A stretch of 64,000 bases of DNA from Gemmatimonadales bacterium (GTDB lineage: Bacteria; Gemmatimonadota; Gemmatimonadetes; Gemmatimonadales; GWC2-71-9), in contig DATHKX010000057.1 of assembly GCA_035488835.1 (NCBI GenBank), forward strand, positions 21,149-85,148, in the 5' to 3' direction. The position numbers were made by a program, and so were the translations under genes. Below, piece after piece: positions 36,243-45,308 of this stretch. Below the pieces are notes generated by a model, which searched no databases, had not been told where the DNA came from, and saw only the letters and a list, made by a program, of their open reading frames with translations. How positions within the stretch are numbered: the first letter of the stretch is position 1; the number at the start of each line of letters is the position of its first letter.

Positions 36243-37091
36243 ATGAGCCGTGTGGCGGTGGTCGGCGCCGGCACGATGGGGAACGGCATCGCGCACGTGT
36301 TCGCCCAGCACGGCTGGGACACCACGCTGATCGACGTCGCGCCCGGCCCGCTCGAGCGAGTGCTCGCCGTCATTCGCACGAACTTCGAGCGACAGGTAAA
36401 GAAAGGGACCGTCACGGCGGAGCAGCGCGACGCGGCGCTGGCCCGGATCCGGACCTCGATGAGCCTCGACGCGGTCGCGGACGCCGAGCTGGTCATCGAA
36501 GCCGCGACCGAGCAGCCCGACGTCAAGTTCAGGATTTTCTCGGACCTCGATCGGCTGGCACCGCCTGCCGCCATCCTCGCGAGCAATACGTCGTCCATCT
36601 CGATCACCACGATCGCCGCCCAGACCAAGCGCGCTTCCCAGGTGATCGGGATGCACTTCATGAACCCGGTCCCCGTGATGCCGCTGGTCGAGGTGATTCG
36701 CGGGCTCGAGACGCGTGAAGAGACCGTGGGGAATGTCGTGGAGGTCGTGAAGGCGCTGGGGAAGACGCCGGTCGTGGTGAACGACGCGCCCGGGTTCGTG
36801 TCGAACCGCGTGCTCATGCCGATGGTCAACGAGGCGATCTTCTGCGTGATGGAGGGCGTCGCGACGCCGGAGGCGATCGACACGGTCATGAAGCTGGGCA
36901 TGAACCATCCGCTCGGGCCGTTGGCGCTCGCCGATCTGATCGGACTCGACGTGTGTCTCGCGATCCTCGAGGTGCTGCACCGCGACCTGGGGGACGACAA
37001 GTACCGGGCGGCGCCGCTGCTGCGGACGATGGTGGCGGCCGGGCGCCTGGGCCGGAAGAGCGGGCGCGGGTTCTATGTCTATCGCGATTGA
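36243..37091 (+). CDS. hbd: 3-hydroxybutyryl-CoA dehydrogenase
   Basis: VAVVGAGTMGNGIAHV Rossmann motif, HFMNPVPVMPLVE and a 3HCDH C-terminal domain. Confidence 0.9.
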   Translation: MSRVAVVGAGTMGNGIAHVFAQHGWDTTLIDVAPGPLERVLAVIRTNFERQVKKGTVTAEQRDAALARIRTSMSLDAVADAELVIEAATEQPDVKFRIFSDLDRLAPPAAILASNTSSISITTIAAQTKRASQVIGMHFMNPVPVMPLVEVIRGLETREETVGNVVEVVKALGKTPVVVNDAPGFVSNRVLMPMVNEAIFCVMEGVATPEAIDTVMKLGMNHPLGPLALADLIGLDVCLAILEVLHRDLGDDKYRAAPLLRTMVAAGRLGRKSGRGFYVYRD

Positions 37092-38220
37092 GCCGCCGGG
37101 CCTCTCGGAGACGCAGCGTCAGATCGTCGAGCTGGCGCGGGAATTCGCGCGCACCAAAATCGAGCCGTTCGCGGCGGAGTGGGACCGCCGGGCGCACTTC
37201 GACCGCGAGGTGATCGACGAGCTCGGCCGGCTCGGGTTCCTCGGCATGTGCGCGCCCGAAGAATACGACGGGATGGGGTTGGACACCGTCACCTACCTGC
37301 TGGCGCTCGAGGAGATCGCCGCCGCGGACGCGAGCGTCGCCGTATCGCTCTCGATCCACAACGCCATTCCGACGACGATGCTCGCGCGCCACGGCAGCCC
37401 CGCGCAAAAAAATCGCTGGCTCAAGGCGATGGCGCGCGGCGAGCTGTTAGCCGGCTTCGCACTGTCCGAGCCGGAGTCCGGCTCCGACGCCGCGTCGCTC
37501 TCCACGCGGGCGGTGCGCGACGGCGATCGCTGGGTGCTGTCGGGCGCGAAGGCCTGGGCCACCAACGGCGGCACGGCCGACCTGATGATGGTGATGGCCC
37601 GCTCCGAGCGCGGGATTAGCGCGTTTATTGTGCCCACCGACGCCGCCGGTTATCGTCCGGGGAAGCCGGAGGATAAAATGGGCCTCCGGGCCTCGAACAC
37701 CGTGTCGCTCGCCCTCGAGGACGTGCGGCTACCGGCCGACCACCTCTTGGGGGATGAGGGCGAGGGGTTCGGGTACGCAATGGAGGGCCTCGACGCCGGG
37801 CGCCTGGGCATCGCGGTTCAGGCGGTCGGGATCGCGCGTCGGGCGCTGGAGCACTCGGTCGCCTATTGCGCCGAGCGACGGCAGTTCGGCCGACCCCTGC
37901 GCGAGTTTCAGGGGGTGCAGTTCAAGCTCGCCGACATGGTGACGCGGGTAGAGGCGGCACGCGCGCTGACGCACTCGGTGGCGACGCGCCGGGACCGGGG
38001 CGAGGACACCACCATGCAGGCGAGCATGGCCAAGCTGTTCGCCTCCGAGGCCGCGATGTGGGTGACGACCCAGGCCGTGCAGCTGTTCGGCGGCTACGGC
38101 TACATGCGCGATTTTCCCGTGGAGAAGCTGTTCCGGGACGCCAAGGTGACGGAGATCTATGAAGGCACCAGCGAAATCCAGCGGATCATCGTCGCCCGCG
38201 GTCTCTACCCCCGCGCCTAG
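37075..38220 (+). CDS. Acyl-CoA dehydrogenase (short/branched-chain type)
   Basis: 381 aa with ACAD N/M/C domain motifs, and the catalytic Glu context YEGTSEIQRIIVAR. Confidence 0.9.
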   Translation: MSIAIEPPGLSETQRQIVELAREFARTKIEPFAAEWDRRAHFDREVIDELGRLGFLGMCAPEEYDGMGLDTVTYLLALEEIAAADASVAVSLSIHNAIPTTMLARHGSPAQKNRWLKAMARGELLAGFALSEPESGSDAASLSTRAVRDGDRWVLSGAKAWATNGGTADLMMVMARSERGISAFIVPTDAAGYRPGKPEDKMGLRASNTVSLALEDVRLPADHLLGDEGEGFGYAMEGLDAGRLGIAVQAVGIARRALEHSVAYCAERRQFGRPLREFQGVQFKLADMVTRVEAARALTHSVATRRDRGEDTTMQASMAKLFASEAAMWVTTQAVQLFGGYGYMRDFPVEKLFRDAKVTEIYEGTSEIQRIIVARGLYPRA

Positions 38221-39319
38221 CCCTGCTGCTGACGCCGGGCGCAAGCCCGGGGAACGCGAAGGGCTCGAGCTATTCTCCCTGCTCGCCGAACACGAGCACG
38301 AACAGGTCAGCGCGTACTACGATCCGTCCACCGGGTACCGCGGCCTCATCGCGATCCACTCGACAGTACTCGGGCCCGCGCTCGGCGGCACGCGCTTCTG
38401 GAGCTACCCCAGCGACGCGGCCGCGCTGGTCGACTGCCTCCGCTTGGCGCGCGGTATGACCTACAAGGCCGCGGTGGCGGGGCTCAACCTGGGCGGCGGG
38501 AAGAGCGTCATCATCGGGGACAACCGCACCACGCGGCGCGAAGCACTGTTCCGTGCCCACGGGCGCCACGTCGAATCGCTCAAAGGGCGCTACATCACGG
38601 CCGAGGACGTCGGGACCAGCACCAGCGACATGGAGTACATCAAGGCCGAGACGAACCACGTCACCGGCCTGGTGGGCACATCGGGGGACCCATCCCCCGT
38701 CACCGCCTACGGCGTGTACCGCGGCATCAAGGCCTGCGCGCGCTACCGCTACGGCTCGGATAGCCTGGCCGGGAAGTCGGTCGCTTTGCAGGGATGCGGC
38801 TCCGTAGGCTATCATCTGGCGAAGCTGCTCTACGCCGAGGGGGCCGTCATCACCTGCAGCGACATCGACCCGCAGCGCGTGAAGCGCGTGGTGGAGGAGT
38901 GCGGAGCCAAGGCGGTGGCGTCGGACGCCATCTACGACGTGCGGGCCAGCATCTTCGCCCCCTGCGCCCTCGGGGCGGTGATCAACGACGACACCGTGCA
39001 GCGGCTGCAGGTGGACATCGTGGCCGGCGCGGCGAACAACCAGCTCGCCGAGGACCGGCACGGCGATCTGCTCGAGCGGCGGGGGATCACCTACGCGCCC
39101 GACTACGTGATCAACGGCGGCGGCCTGATCAACGTGAACGCCGAGCTGCACGGCTGGGCGCCCGAGCGCGCGCGCTCGAAGGCGGGGGAGATCTACGACA
39201 CCCTGCTGCGCGTGTTCGAGATCGCGCGGGAAGAGGGGTGTCCCAGCCACCAGGCGGCGGACCGGCTGGCAGAGCAGCGGATTGCGGCGATCGCGAAGGT
39301 GCGGCGGAACTTTGTCTGA
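38159..39319 (+). CDS. Leucine (Glu/Leu/Phe/Val family) dehydrogenase; start uncertain
   Basis: GGTRFWSY...ARGMTYKAAVAGLNLGGGKSVI plus an NAD-binding GCGSVG motif. Homology begins at LELFSLL (about 38264), but the only in-frame start seen upstream is the ATG at 38159. Confidence 0.85.
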   Translation: MKAPAKSSGSSSPAVSTPAPSPAADAGRKPGEREGLELFSLLAEHEHEQVSAYYDPSTGYRGLIAIHSTVLGPALGGTRFWSYPSDAAALVDCLRLARGMTYKAAVAGLNLGGGKSVIIGDNRTTRREALFRAHGRHVESLKGRYITAEDVGTSTSDMEYIKAETNHVTGLVGTSGDPSPVTAYGVYRGIKACARYRYGSDSLAGKSVALQGCGSVGYHLAKLLYAEGAVITCSDIDPQRVKRVVEECGAKAVASDAIYDVRASIFAPCALGAVINDDTVQRLQVDIVAGAANNQLAEDRHGDLLERRGITYAPDYVINGGGLINVNAELHGWAPERARSKAGEIYDTLLRVFEIAREEGCPSHQAADRLAEQRIAAIAKVRRNFV

Positions 39320-39749
39320 GAAGATCTACGTGGGCGCGGACCACGCGGGCTTTCAGCTGAAGCAGAAGCTCGTGGACGAGCTGAAGCGGCTGGGCTACGA
39401 GCCGGTGGACGCGGGGCCCAAGGCGATGGATCCGGCGGACGACTATCCCGACTTCGGCCGTCCGGTGGCCGAGGCGGTGAGCAAGGGCACTGTGAAGCGC
39501 GGCGTGCTGACCTGCGGGACGGGGGCCGGCATGGCGTTCGTGGCCAACCGGTTTCCGCGGGTGCGGGCGGCGGTGGCGTGGAGCCCGGAGATCGCGGAGC
39601 TGGCGCGCAAGCACAATGACGCGAACGTGCTCGTGCTGCCGTCGCGGTTCGTGAGCGAGGAGGAAGGGATGGACATCCTGCACAAATGGCTCGACACCGC
39701 ATTCGAGGGCGGGCGCCACGAGCGGCGCGTCGGGAAGATCGACGCATGA
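39312..39749 (+). CDS. rpiB: Ribose-5-phosphate isomerase B
   Basis: An in-frame TTG gives [17 protein letters not shown]... and a 145-aa product typical of RpiB. CGTGAGM is present. Confidence 0.85.
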   Translation: MSEKIYVGADHAGFQLKQKLVDELKRLGYEPVDAGPKAMDPADDYPDFGRPVAEAVSKGTVKRGVLTCGTGAGMAFVANRFPRVRAAVAWSPEIAELARKHNDANVLVLPSRFVSEEEGMDILHKWLDTAFEGGRHERRVGKIDA

Positions 39750-41032
39750 TCGATCGGCGCACCCCGCTCGCCAAGGCGGACCCGGTCATCTTCCAGCTGA
39801 TCCGCCGCGAGGTGGAGCGGCAGGAGCACGGGCTGGAGCTGATCGCGAGCGAGAACTTCGTCTCCGTCGCGGTGCTCGAGGCGATGGGCACCGCGCTCAC
39901 GAACAAGTATGCCGAAGGGCTGCCGAGGAAGCGGTACTACGGCGGCTGCGAGATCGTGGACGAGGTCGAGCAGCTCGCCATCGATCGGGCCAAGGCGCTG
40001 TTCCAGGCGGAGCACGCGAACGTCCAGCCGCATTCCGGGGCGCAGGCGAACATGGCGGCGTACTTCGCGGTAGCGAAGCCGGGCGATACGCTGCTCGGGC
40101 TGGCGCTGCCGCACGGCGGCCACCTGACCCACGGCGCGCCCGTGAATTTTTCGGGGACGCTGTTCCGCGCGACGCATTACGGCGTGCGCGAGGACACCGG
40201 CCGCATCGACTACGATCAGGTGCGCGACGTCGCGCGCCGCGAGCGTCCGCGCATCCTGATCGGCGGCGGGAGCGCCTACGCGCGCATCATCGATTTCGCG
40301 ACGCTCAGAGCCATCGCGGACGAGGTCGGCGCGATCTTCATCGTGGATATGGCGCATTTCGCCGGGCTCGTGGCCGCGGGGATCCACCCCTCGCCCGTGC
40401 CGCACGCGCACATCGTCACGACCACCACTCACAAGACCCTGCGCGGTCCGCGCGGCGGGTTGATCCTCTGCCAGGAGGCGTTCGGGAAGGACGTCGACAA
40501 GCAGGTGTTCCCGGGCATCCAGGGCGGCCCGCTCGAGCACGTGATCGCGGCGAAGGCGGTGGCGTTGGGAGAGGCGCTCGCCCCGGAGTTCAAGGCGTAC
40601 GCCACGCAGGTCGTGCGGAATGCGCAGGCCCTCGCCGCGGCGCTCGTCGAGCGGGGCTACGCCATCGTGTCGGGTGGGACGGACACGCACCTGATGCTCG
40701 TGGATCTGCGGCCCAAGCAGGTGACCGGCAAAGAGGCGCAGGAGCTGCTCGACCGGGCCGGCATCACTGTGAACAAGAACACGATTCCCGGCGATCCCCA
40801 GAAGGCATTCGTCACGAGCGGGGTCCGCATCGGCACCCCGGCCGTGACCACGCGAGGTTTCACCGAGGCCGAGATGCTCAAAGTGGCGGAGTTCATCGAC
40901 ACCGTGCTCACGAAAAAAGACGACGCGACCATCGCGCGCGTGAAGGCCGAAGTGCGCGAGCTGGCCGAGCAATTCCCGCTGTACGCGCCGCCGGTGCGCG
41001 CGACCGTCGCGGGGGTGCACCATGCGCGATAG
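39746..41032 (+). CDS. glyA: Serine hydroxymethyltransferase
   Basis: The ATG overlaps the rpiB stop (ATGA). [11 protein letters not shown] and the PLP-Lys context [14 protein letters not shown] are present. Confidence 0.95.
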   Translation: MIDRRTPLAKADPVIFQLIRREVERQEHGLELIASENFVSVAVLEAMGTALTNKYAEGLPRKRYYGGCEIVDEVEQLAIDRAKALFQAEHANVQPHSGAQANMAAYFAVAKPGDTLLGLALPHGGHLTHGAPVNFSGTLFRATHYGVREDTGRIDYDQVRDVARRERPRILIGGGSAYARIIDFATLRAIADEVGAIFIVDMAHFAGLVAAGIHPSPVPHAHIVTTTTHKTLRGPRGGLILCQEAFGKDVDKQVFPGIQGGPLEHVIAAKAVALGEALAPEFKAYATQVVRNAQALAAALVERGYAIVSGGTDTHLMLVDLRPKQVTGKEAQELLDRAGITVNKNTIPGDPQKAFVTSGVRIGTPAVTTRGFTEAEMLKVAEFIDTVLTKKDDATIARVKAEVRELAEQFPLYAPPVRATVAGVHHAR

Positions 41033-41486
41033 CGGCGCGTCCTCGGGCCGGCCCGGCCGCGGCTCGGGCTCCTTCACGGTGCATCCCGCCGAAGAGCTCG
41101 AGGTCTACTTCAACGAAGTCGCCCACGGCCGCCCGGTGGGCTTCGTCGCCTCGTCCAAGTGGAAGCCGCCGACGGACATCTACGAGACCGACGACGCGCT
41201 GGTGGTCTACATGGACATTTCCGGGATGCGCTCGGAAGACTTCACGGTCGAGTACGTGGACGGCGTCCTGACCATCGCCGGCGAGCGCACCGCCCGGCGC
41301 CACGAAGGCAAGCCGCACTATCACGCGATGGAGGTGCAGGTCGGTCCCTTCGAGCGCCGCTTCCGCCTCCCCGTGCCGGTCGACCCCGGGAGCATTCGGG
41401 CGAACTACGAGCAGGGCTTCCTCGAGGTCCGGCTGACGAAGCTCCCGGCCCGTCTCTCGGGCCCACAGTCGGTGCGGGTGCAGTAG
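41022..41486 (+). CDS. Hsp20/alpha-crystallin family small heat-shock protein
   Basis: ACD pattern [22 protein letters not shown]...[12 protein letters not shown]...GFLEVRL. Confidence 0.85.
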   Translation: MRDSGASSGRPGRGSGSFTVHPAEELEVYFNEVAHGRPVGFVASSKWKPPTDIYETDDALVVYMDISGMRSEDFTVEYVDGVLTIAGERTARRHEGKPHYHAMEVQVGPFERRFRLPVPVDPGSIRANYEQGFLEVRLTKLPARLSGPQSVRVQ

Positions 41487-43871
41487 GTGGATCGCCTCCC
41501 CGTCCTGCCGCTCGGCCGGATCGTCGTCTACCCGCACGTCGTGCTGCCCATGGCGCTGACCGATCCGCACGCCGTGCAGCTGATCGACGAGGTGGTGCAG
41601 GGCAACAAGCGCCTGCTGCTGGGCGTGGTGCGGCCGCTGGGCGGCACCGAGCCGCCCGAGGGCGCCGTGATGCAGGCCCGCGCCGACGAGCTGTACGAGG
41701 TCGGCACGCTCGGCACCGTGGTGCGCATGCTCAAACTGGGCGACGGGTCGGTGCGCGTCATGGTGCAGGGGCTCGAGCGGGCGCGGCTCGTCGAGGTCGC
41801 GCCGATGGAGCACTGGCTGGTCGCGGGCTACGAGACACTCCCCAACACCGTGCCCGAGGACGCGCGCACCGAAGCCTTGAAGCGCACCGTGCACGCCCAG
41901 TTCTCCCGGGTGATCGACATCGCGCCCTACCTGGGCGAGGAGCTGCACGAGGTCCTGGTCGGCATCACCGAGGGCGGCAAACTGGCCGACTTCGTGGCCG
42001 CGAACCTGGACCTGGCCCTCCCGGCCAAGGCCGAGCTGCTGGCGCTCGACGACGTGAACCGCCGCCTGGAACGGCTCGCCGAGCTGCTGGGCCAGGAGCT
42101 GCAGGTGCTCGAAGTCGGCAGTCAGATCCAGGAGAAGGTGCGTACCCGCCTCGATCAGAATCAGCGGGAGTACGTGCTGCGCGAGCAGATGCGGGTGATC
42201 CGCCAGGAGCTGGGGGAAGAGGAGGGAGAAGACGAGCTGACCGAGCTGGCCGGCCGGCTCGAGGCCGCCGGGCTCCACGACGAGGCCAAGAAGGTCGTCG
42301 ACCGGGAGCTCAAGCGGTTACGCCAGATGTCGCCGCAGTCGGCCGAGTACCATGTGGCCCGCACTTACCTCGAGGTCATCGCGACGCTGCCCTGGGGCCG
42401 CACGTCGGAGGACCGGCTCGATCTGAAGGCGGCGCGCGACATCCTCGACCGCGACCACTACGACCTGAAGACCGTCAAGGAGCGGATCCTCGAGTACCTC
42501 GCGGTCCGCACCCTCAACCCCGCGGCGCGCGGCGGCATCCTGTGCTTCGTGGGCCCGCCGGGCGTCGGCAAGACCTCGCTCGGCCAGAGTATCGCCGAAG
42601 CGCTGGGGCGCCGCTTCACCCGCGTCTCGCTCGGAGGCGTGCGCGACGAGGCCGAGGTCCGCGGCCACCGGCGCACCTACGTCGGCGCGCTCCCGGGACG
42701 CATCATCCACGCGCTGCAGCGCTGCGAGACGCGCAACCCCCTGCTGATGCTCGACGAAGTGGACAAGATGGGAGCCGACGTGCGCGGCGATCCGACGGCC
42801 GCCCTGCTCGAGGTGCTCGACCCCGCGCAGAACGGCACCTTCGTGGACCACTACCTCGAGGTACCGTTCGACCTGTCGGGCGTCATGTTCATCGCCACGG
42901 CCAACAGCCTGGCACCGATCCCCGACCCGCTGCTCGACCGGATGGAAGTGATCACCTTGCCGGGGTACACGCCCGGCGAGAAGCTCGCGATCGCCAAGCG
43001 CTTCCTCCTGCCGCGCCAGCTGAAGGAGACGGGGCTCCAGACGGAGCGGGCGAGCATCGCCGACGGGGCGCTCGAGCGGCTGATCGGCGAATACACGCGG
43101 GAAGCCGGCGTGCGCCAGCTCGAGCGCGAGATTCAGGGCGTGCTCCGCAAGGTGGCGCTCGAAGTGGTCGAGGGACGGGCGGCGACCATCAAGGTCACCG
43201 CGAAGAACCTCGAGAAGTTCGCCGGCCAGCCGAAGGTCCAGAGCGAGGTGGCGGGACGCAGTCCGGAGGTGGGGGTGGCCACCGGGCTCGCATGGACGCC
43301 CGTGGGCGGCGACATCATGTTCATCGAAGCGATTCAGATGCCGGGGAAGGGGCAGATCACCCTCACCGGGCAGCTGGGGGACGTAATGAAGGAGTCCGCC
43401 CAGGCGGCGTGGAGTCTGCTGCGGGCGCGGGCGGGGCCGCTCGGGATTCCGCTCGACGCGTTCACGCAGACCGACGTGCACCTGCACCTGCCGGCTGGGG
43501 CGGTGCCGAAGGACGGTCCGTCGGCCGGGATCGCGATCGCGACCGCGCTGGCGTCGCTGTTGTGCCGCCGTCCGTCGCGCCACGATGTCGCGATGACGGG
43601 CGAGCTCACGCTGCGCGGGCGCATCCTCCCGATCGGCGGGCTCAAGGAGAAGCTGACGGCGGCGGCGCGCGCCGGCGTCAAGACCGTGCTGGTGCCGGCG
43701 CGCAACCAGAACGACATCGTGGATGTCCCCGACGAGGTGAAACAGCTGCTCGAGATCAAGCCGGTGGAGACGATCGACGAGGTGCTCGAGCTGGCGCTGC
43801 TCGAGCCGCACCCGTTGCGGCCCGTTGCGGTACGGGCTCGCCCGTCGGGACAAACGGAGGCGCGGCCGTGA
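41487..43871 (+). CDS. lon: ATP-dependent Lon protease
   Basis: LON N-domain, Walker A GPPGVGKTS and the catalytic Ser context PKDGPSAGIA. 794 aa with a GTG start. Confidence 0.95.
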   Translation: MDRLPVLPLGRIVVYPHVVLPMALTDPHAVQLIDEVVQGNKRLLLGVVRPLGGTEPPEGAVMQARADELYEVGTLGTVVRMLKLGDGSVRVMVQGLERARLVEVAPMEHWLVAGYETLPNTVPEDARTEALKRTVHAQFSRVIDIAPYLGEELHEVLVGITEGGKLADFVAANLDLALPAKAELLALDDVNRRLERLAELLGQELQVLEVGSQIQEKVRTRLDQNQREYVLREQMRVIRQELGEEEGEDELTELAGRLEAAGLHDEAKKVVDRELKRLRQMSPQSAEYHVARTYLEVIATLPWGRTSEDRLDLKAARDILDRDHYDLKTVKERILEYLAVRTLNPAARGGILCFVGPPGVGKTSLGQSIAEALGRRFTRVSLGGVRDEAEVRGHRRTYVGALPGRIIHALQRCETRNPLLMLDEVDKMGADVRGDPTAALLEVLDPAQNGTFVDHYLEVPFDLSGVMFIATANSLAPIPDPLLDRMEVITLPGYTPGEKLAIAKRFLLPRQLKETGLQTERASIADGALERLIGEYTREAGVRQLEREIQGVLRKVALEVVEGRAATIKVTAKNLEKFAGQPKVQSEVAGRSPEVGVATGLAWTPVGGDIMFIEAIQMPGKGQITLTGQLGDVMKESAQAAWSLLRARAGPLGIPLDAFTQTDVHLHLPAGAVPKDGPSAGIAIATALASLLCRRPSRHDVAMTGELTLRGRILPIGGLKEKLTAAARAGVKTVLVPARNQNDIVDVPDEVKQLLEIKPVETIDEVLELALLEPHPLRPVAVRARPSGQTEARP

Positions 43872-44254
43872 GCGACTTCGCGACGCTCGACGAGGCGTTC
43901 CAACGCATCGGGCGGCAGGACGGCCGCTATCACGAGCGCGGCTATCTGTTCGTGCTGGCGGCGCTGGAGTACGCCCAGGGCAAGCTCCCGGTGCGCCGGC
44001 ACCTGAGCGGCGGGGAGCTGGCCTGGGCGTGCCGGGACTTCGCGCGAGAGCAGTTCGGCTTGCTCGCGCCGAGCGTCCTCGGGCACTGGGGCATCGCCAC
44101 CACCGAGGACCTGGGACGGATGGTGTTCACGCTGATCGACGTGGGGCTGCTCGCGAGCCAGCCGACCGACAAGCTGGAAGACTTCGAGCGGGTCTACGAT
44201 TTCGCGGAGGTGTTCCGGGCCGGCTATCCGTGGCCCGGCGTGGAGCGCGGATAG
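43868..44254 (+). CDS. Conserved hypothetical protein, TIGR04138 (Minf_1886)-like
   Basis: The GTG overlaps the lon stop (GTGA). The pattern RYHERGYLFVLAALEY...RHLSGGELAWACRDFAREQFG...LGHWGI.TTEDLGRMVF.LI..GLL matches my recollection of that family. It was hidden inside a long off-frame track ORF. Confidence 0.55.
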   Translation: MSDFATLDEAFQRIGRQDGRYHERGYLFVLAALEYAQGKLPVRRHLSGGELAWACRDFAREQFGLLAPSVLGHWGIATTEDLGRMVFTLIDVGLLASQPTDKLEDFERVYDFAEVFRAGYPWPGVERG

Positions 44255-44283
44255 GGGCGTCGGATCGGGGGAAGGGGTGACGC

Positions 44284-44481
44284 ATGGACGACGTGAGGGA
44301 ATGGCCCGCCTGCAGAAAATGTCAGCAAGGTCTCCTCATTCCGTTGTCGGACTATGGCCGCGACGGGGCGCCGATCACTTACAAGGCCTGGGTCTGCTCG
44401 AACCCCGAGTGCGGGTTCAACATCCGGATTGACAACGGGGAGATCTCCTTCGGTCGCGCGATCGGCCAGAGCTTCAAATAA
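44284..44481 (+). CDS. Small zinc-ribbon protein (65 aa)
   Basis: CRKC...CSNPEC forms a four-Cys ribbon. The ORF is compact between coding neighbours. Confidence 0.45.
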   Translation: MDDVREWPACRKCQQGLLIPLSDYGRDGAPITYKAWVCSNPECGFNIRIDNGEISFGRAIGQSFK

Positions 44482-44483
44482 GC

Positions 44484-45308
44484 TTGGACGCCGTGCGCGC
44501 GCCCGCCGTGAGCGGGCGCTTCTACCCGGGAACGAGGGATGAGCTCGAGCGCACGGTGCGGGAGCTGCTCGACGCCGTGGGCGAGGCGCGCCCCGCCCCG
44601 GCGCGCGCCGCGGTGGCCCCGCACGCGGGCTACCTCTATTCGGGACTCACCGCGGCGCACGTGTTCGCGCGCCTCGAGATCCCGCCCATCGTCGTGATTT
44701 TGGCGCCCAATCACACCGGGGTGAGCCGGGCGCCCGGCGGTGCGTCACTGTGGGAGGCGGGCGCGTTCCGGACGCCACTCGGCGACGTGAGCGTGGACGA
44801 CGGCTTCGCGCGGGCGCTGCTCGAGACGTCGACGCTGGTGGGCCCCGACCACGCCGCCCATGCCTCCGAGCACGCGGTGGAAGTCGAGCTGCCCTTCCTG
44901 CAGTTGAGGCGAGCCGACGTGCGGATCGTGCCGCTCGTCCTGGCGTGGGACGCGTGGGAGGGGTGCCGCGGGTTGGGCGAGACACTGGCCGGGCTGGTGC
45001 GGCGCTGGCCCGACCGGGTCCTGCTCTTGGCGTCGAGCGATCTGAACCACTACGAGCCCGCGACCACGTCCGAGCACAAGGACCGGCACGCACTCGAGGC
45101 CATCGCAACGCTCGACGGCGCGGAGCTGCTGGCGCGTTGCCGCAGCGAGCGCATCTCGATGTGCGGCCGGGCGCCCGCGGCCACCGTGATGGCCGCCGCC
45201 CGCGCGCTCGGCGCGGAGCGCGCCGACGTCGTGCACTACAGCCACTCCGGCATGGTGACGGGGGACGACGACGCCGTGGTGGGATACGGAGGAGTGGTGA
45301 TCCCGTGA
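44484..45308 (+). CDS. Memo-like protein (AmmeMemoRadiSam system protein B family)
   Basis: PAVSGRFYPG, APHAGYLYSG and later His/Asp motifs. Non-ATG (TTG/GTG) start. Confidence 0.8.
   Translation: MDAVRAPAVSGRFYPGTRDELERTVRELLDAVGEARPAPARAAVAPHAGYLYSGLTAAHVFARLEIPPIVVILAPNHTGVSRAPGGASLWEAGAFRTPLGDVSVDDGFARALLETSTLVGPDHAAHASEHAVEVELPFLQLRRADVRIVPLVLAWDAWEGCRGLGETLAGLVRRWPDRVLLLASSDLNHYEPATTSEHKDRHALEAIATLDGAELLARCRSERISMCGRAPAATVMAAARALGAERADVVHYSHSGMVTGDDDAVVGYGGVVIP

Noticed and set aside
41159-44254. A 1031-aa ORF, the longest in the track, spanning hsp20, lon and beyond.
   Set aside because: The translation is Arg/Ala/Gly/Pro-rich low-complexity, typical of an off-frame read through high-GC coding DNA. 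The lon frame (41487-43871) has unmistakable motifs. Only the last 128 codons, from GTG 43868, look like a real gene.
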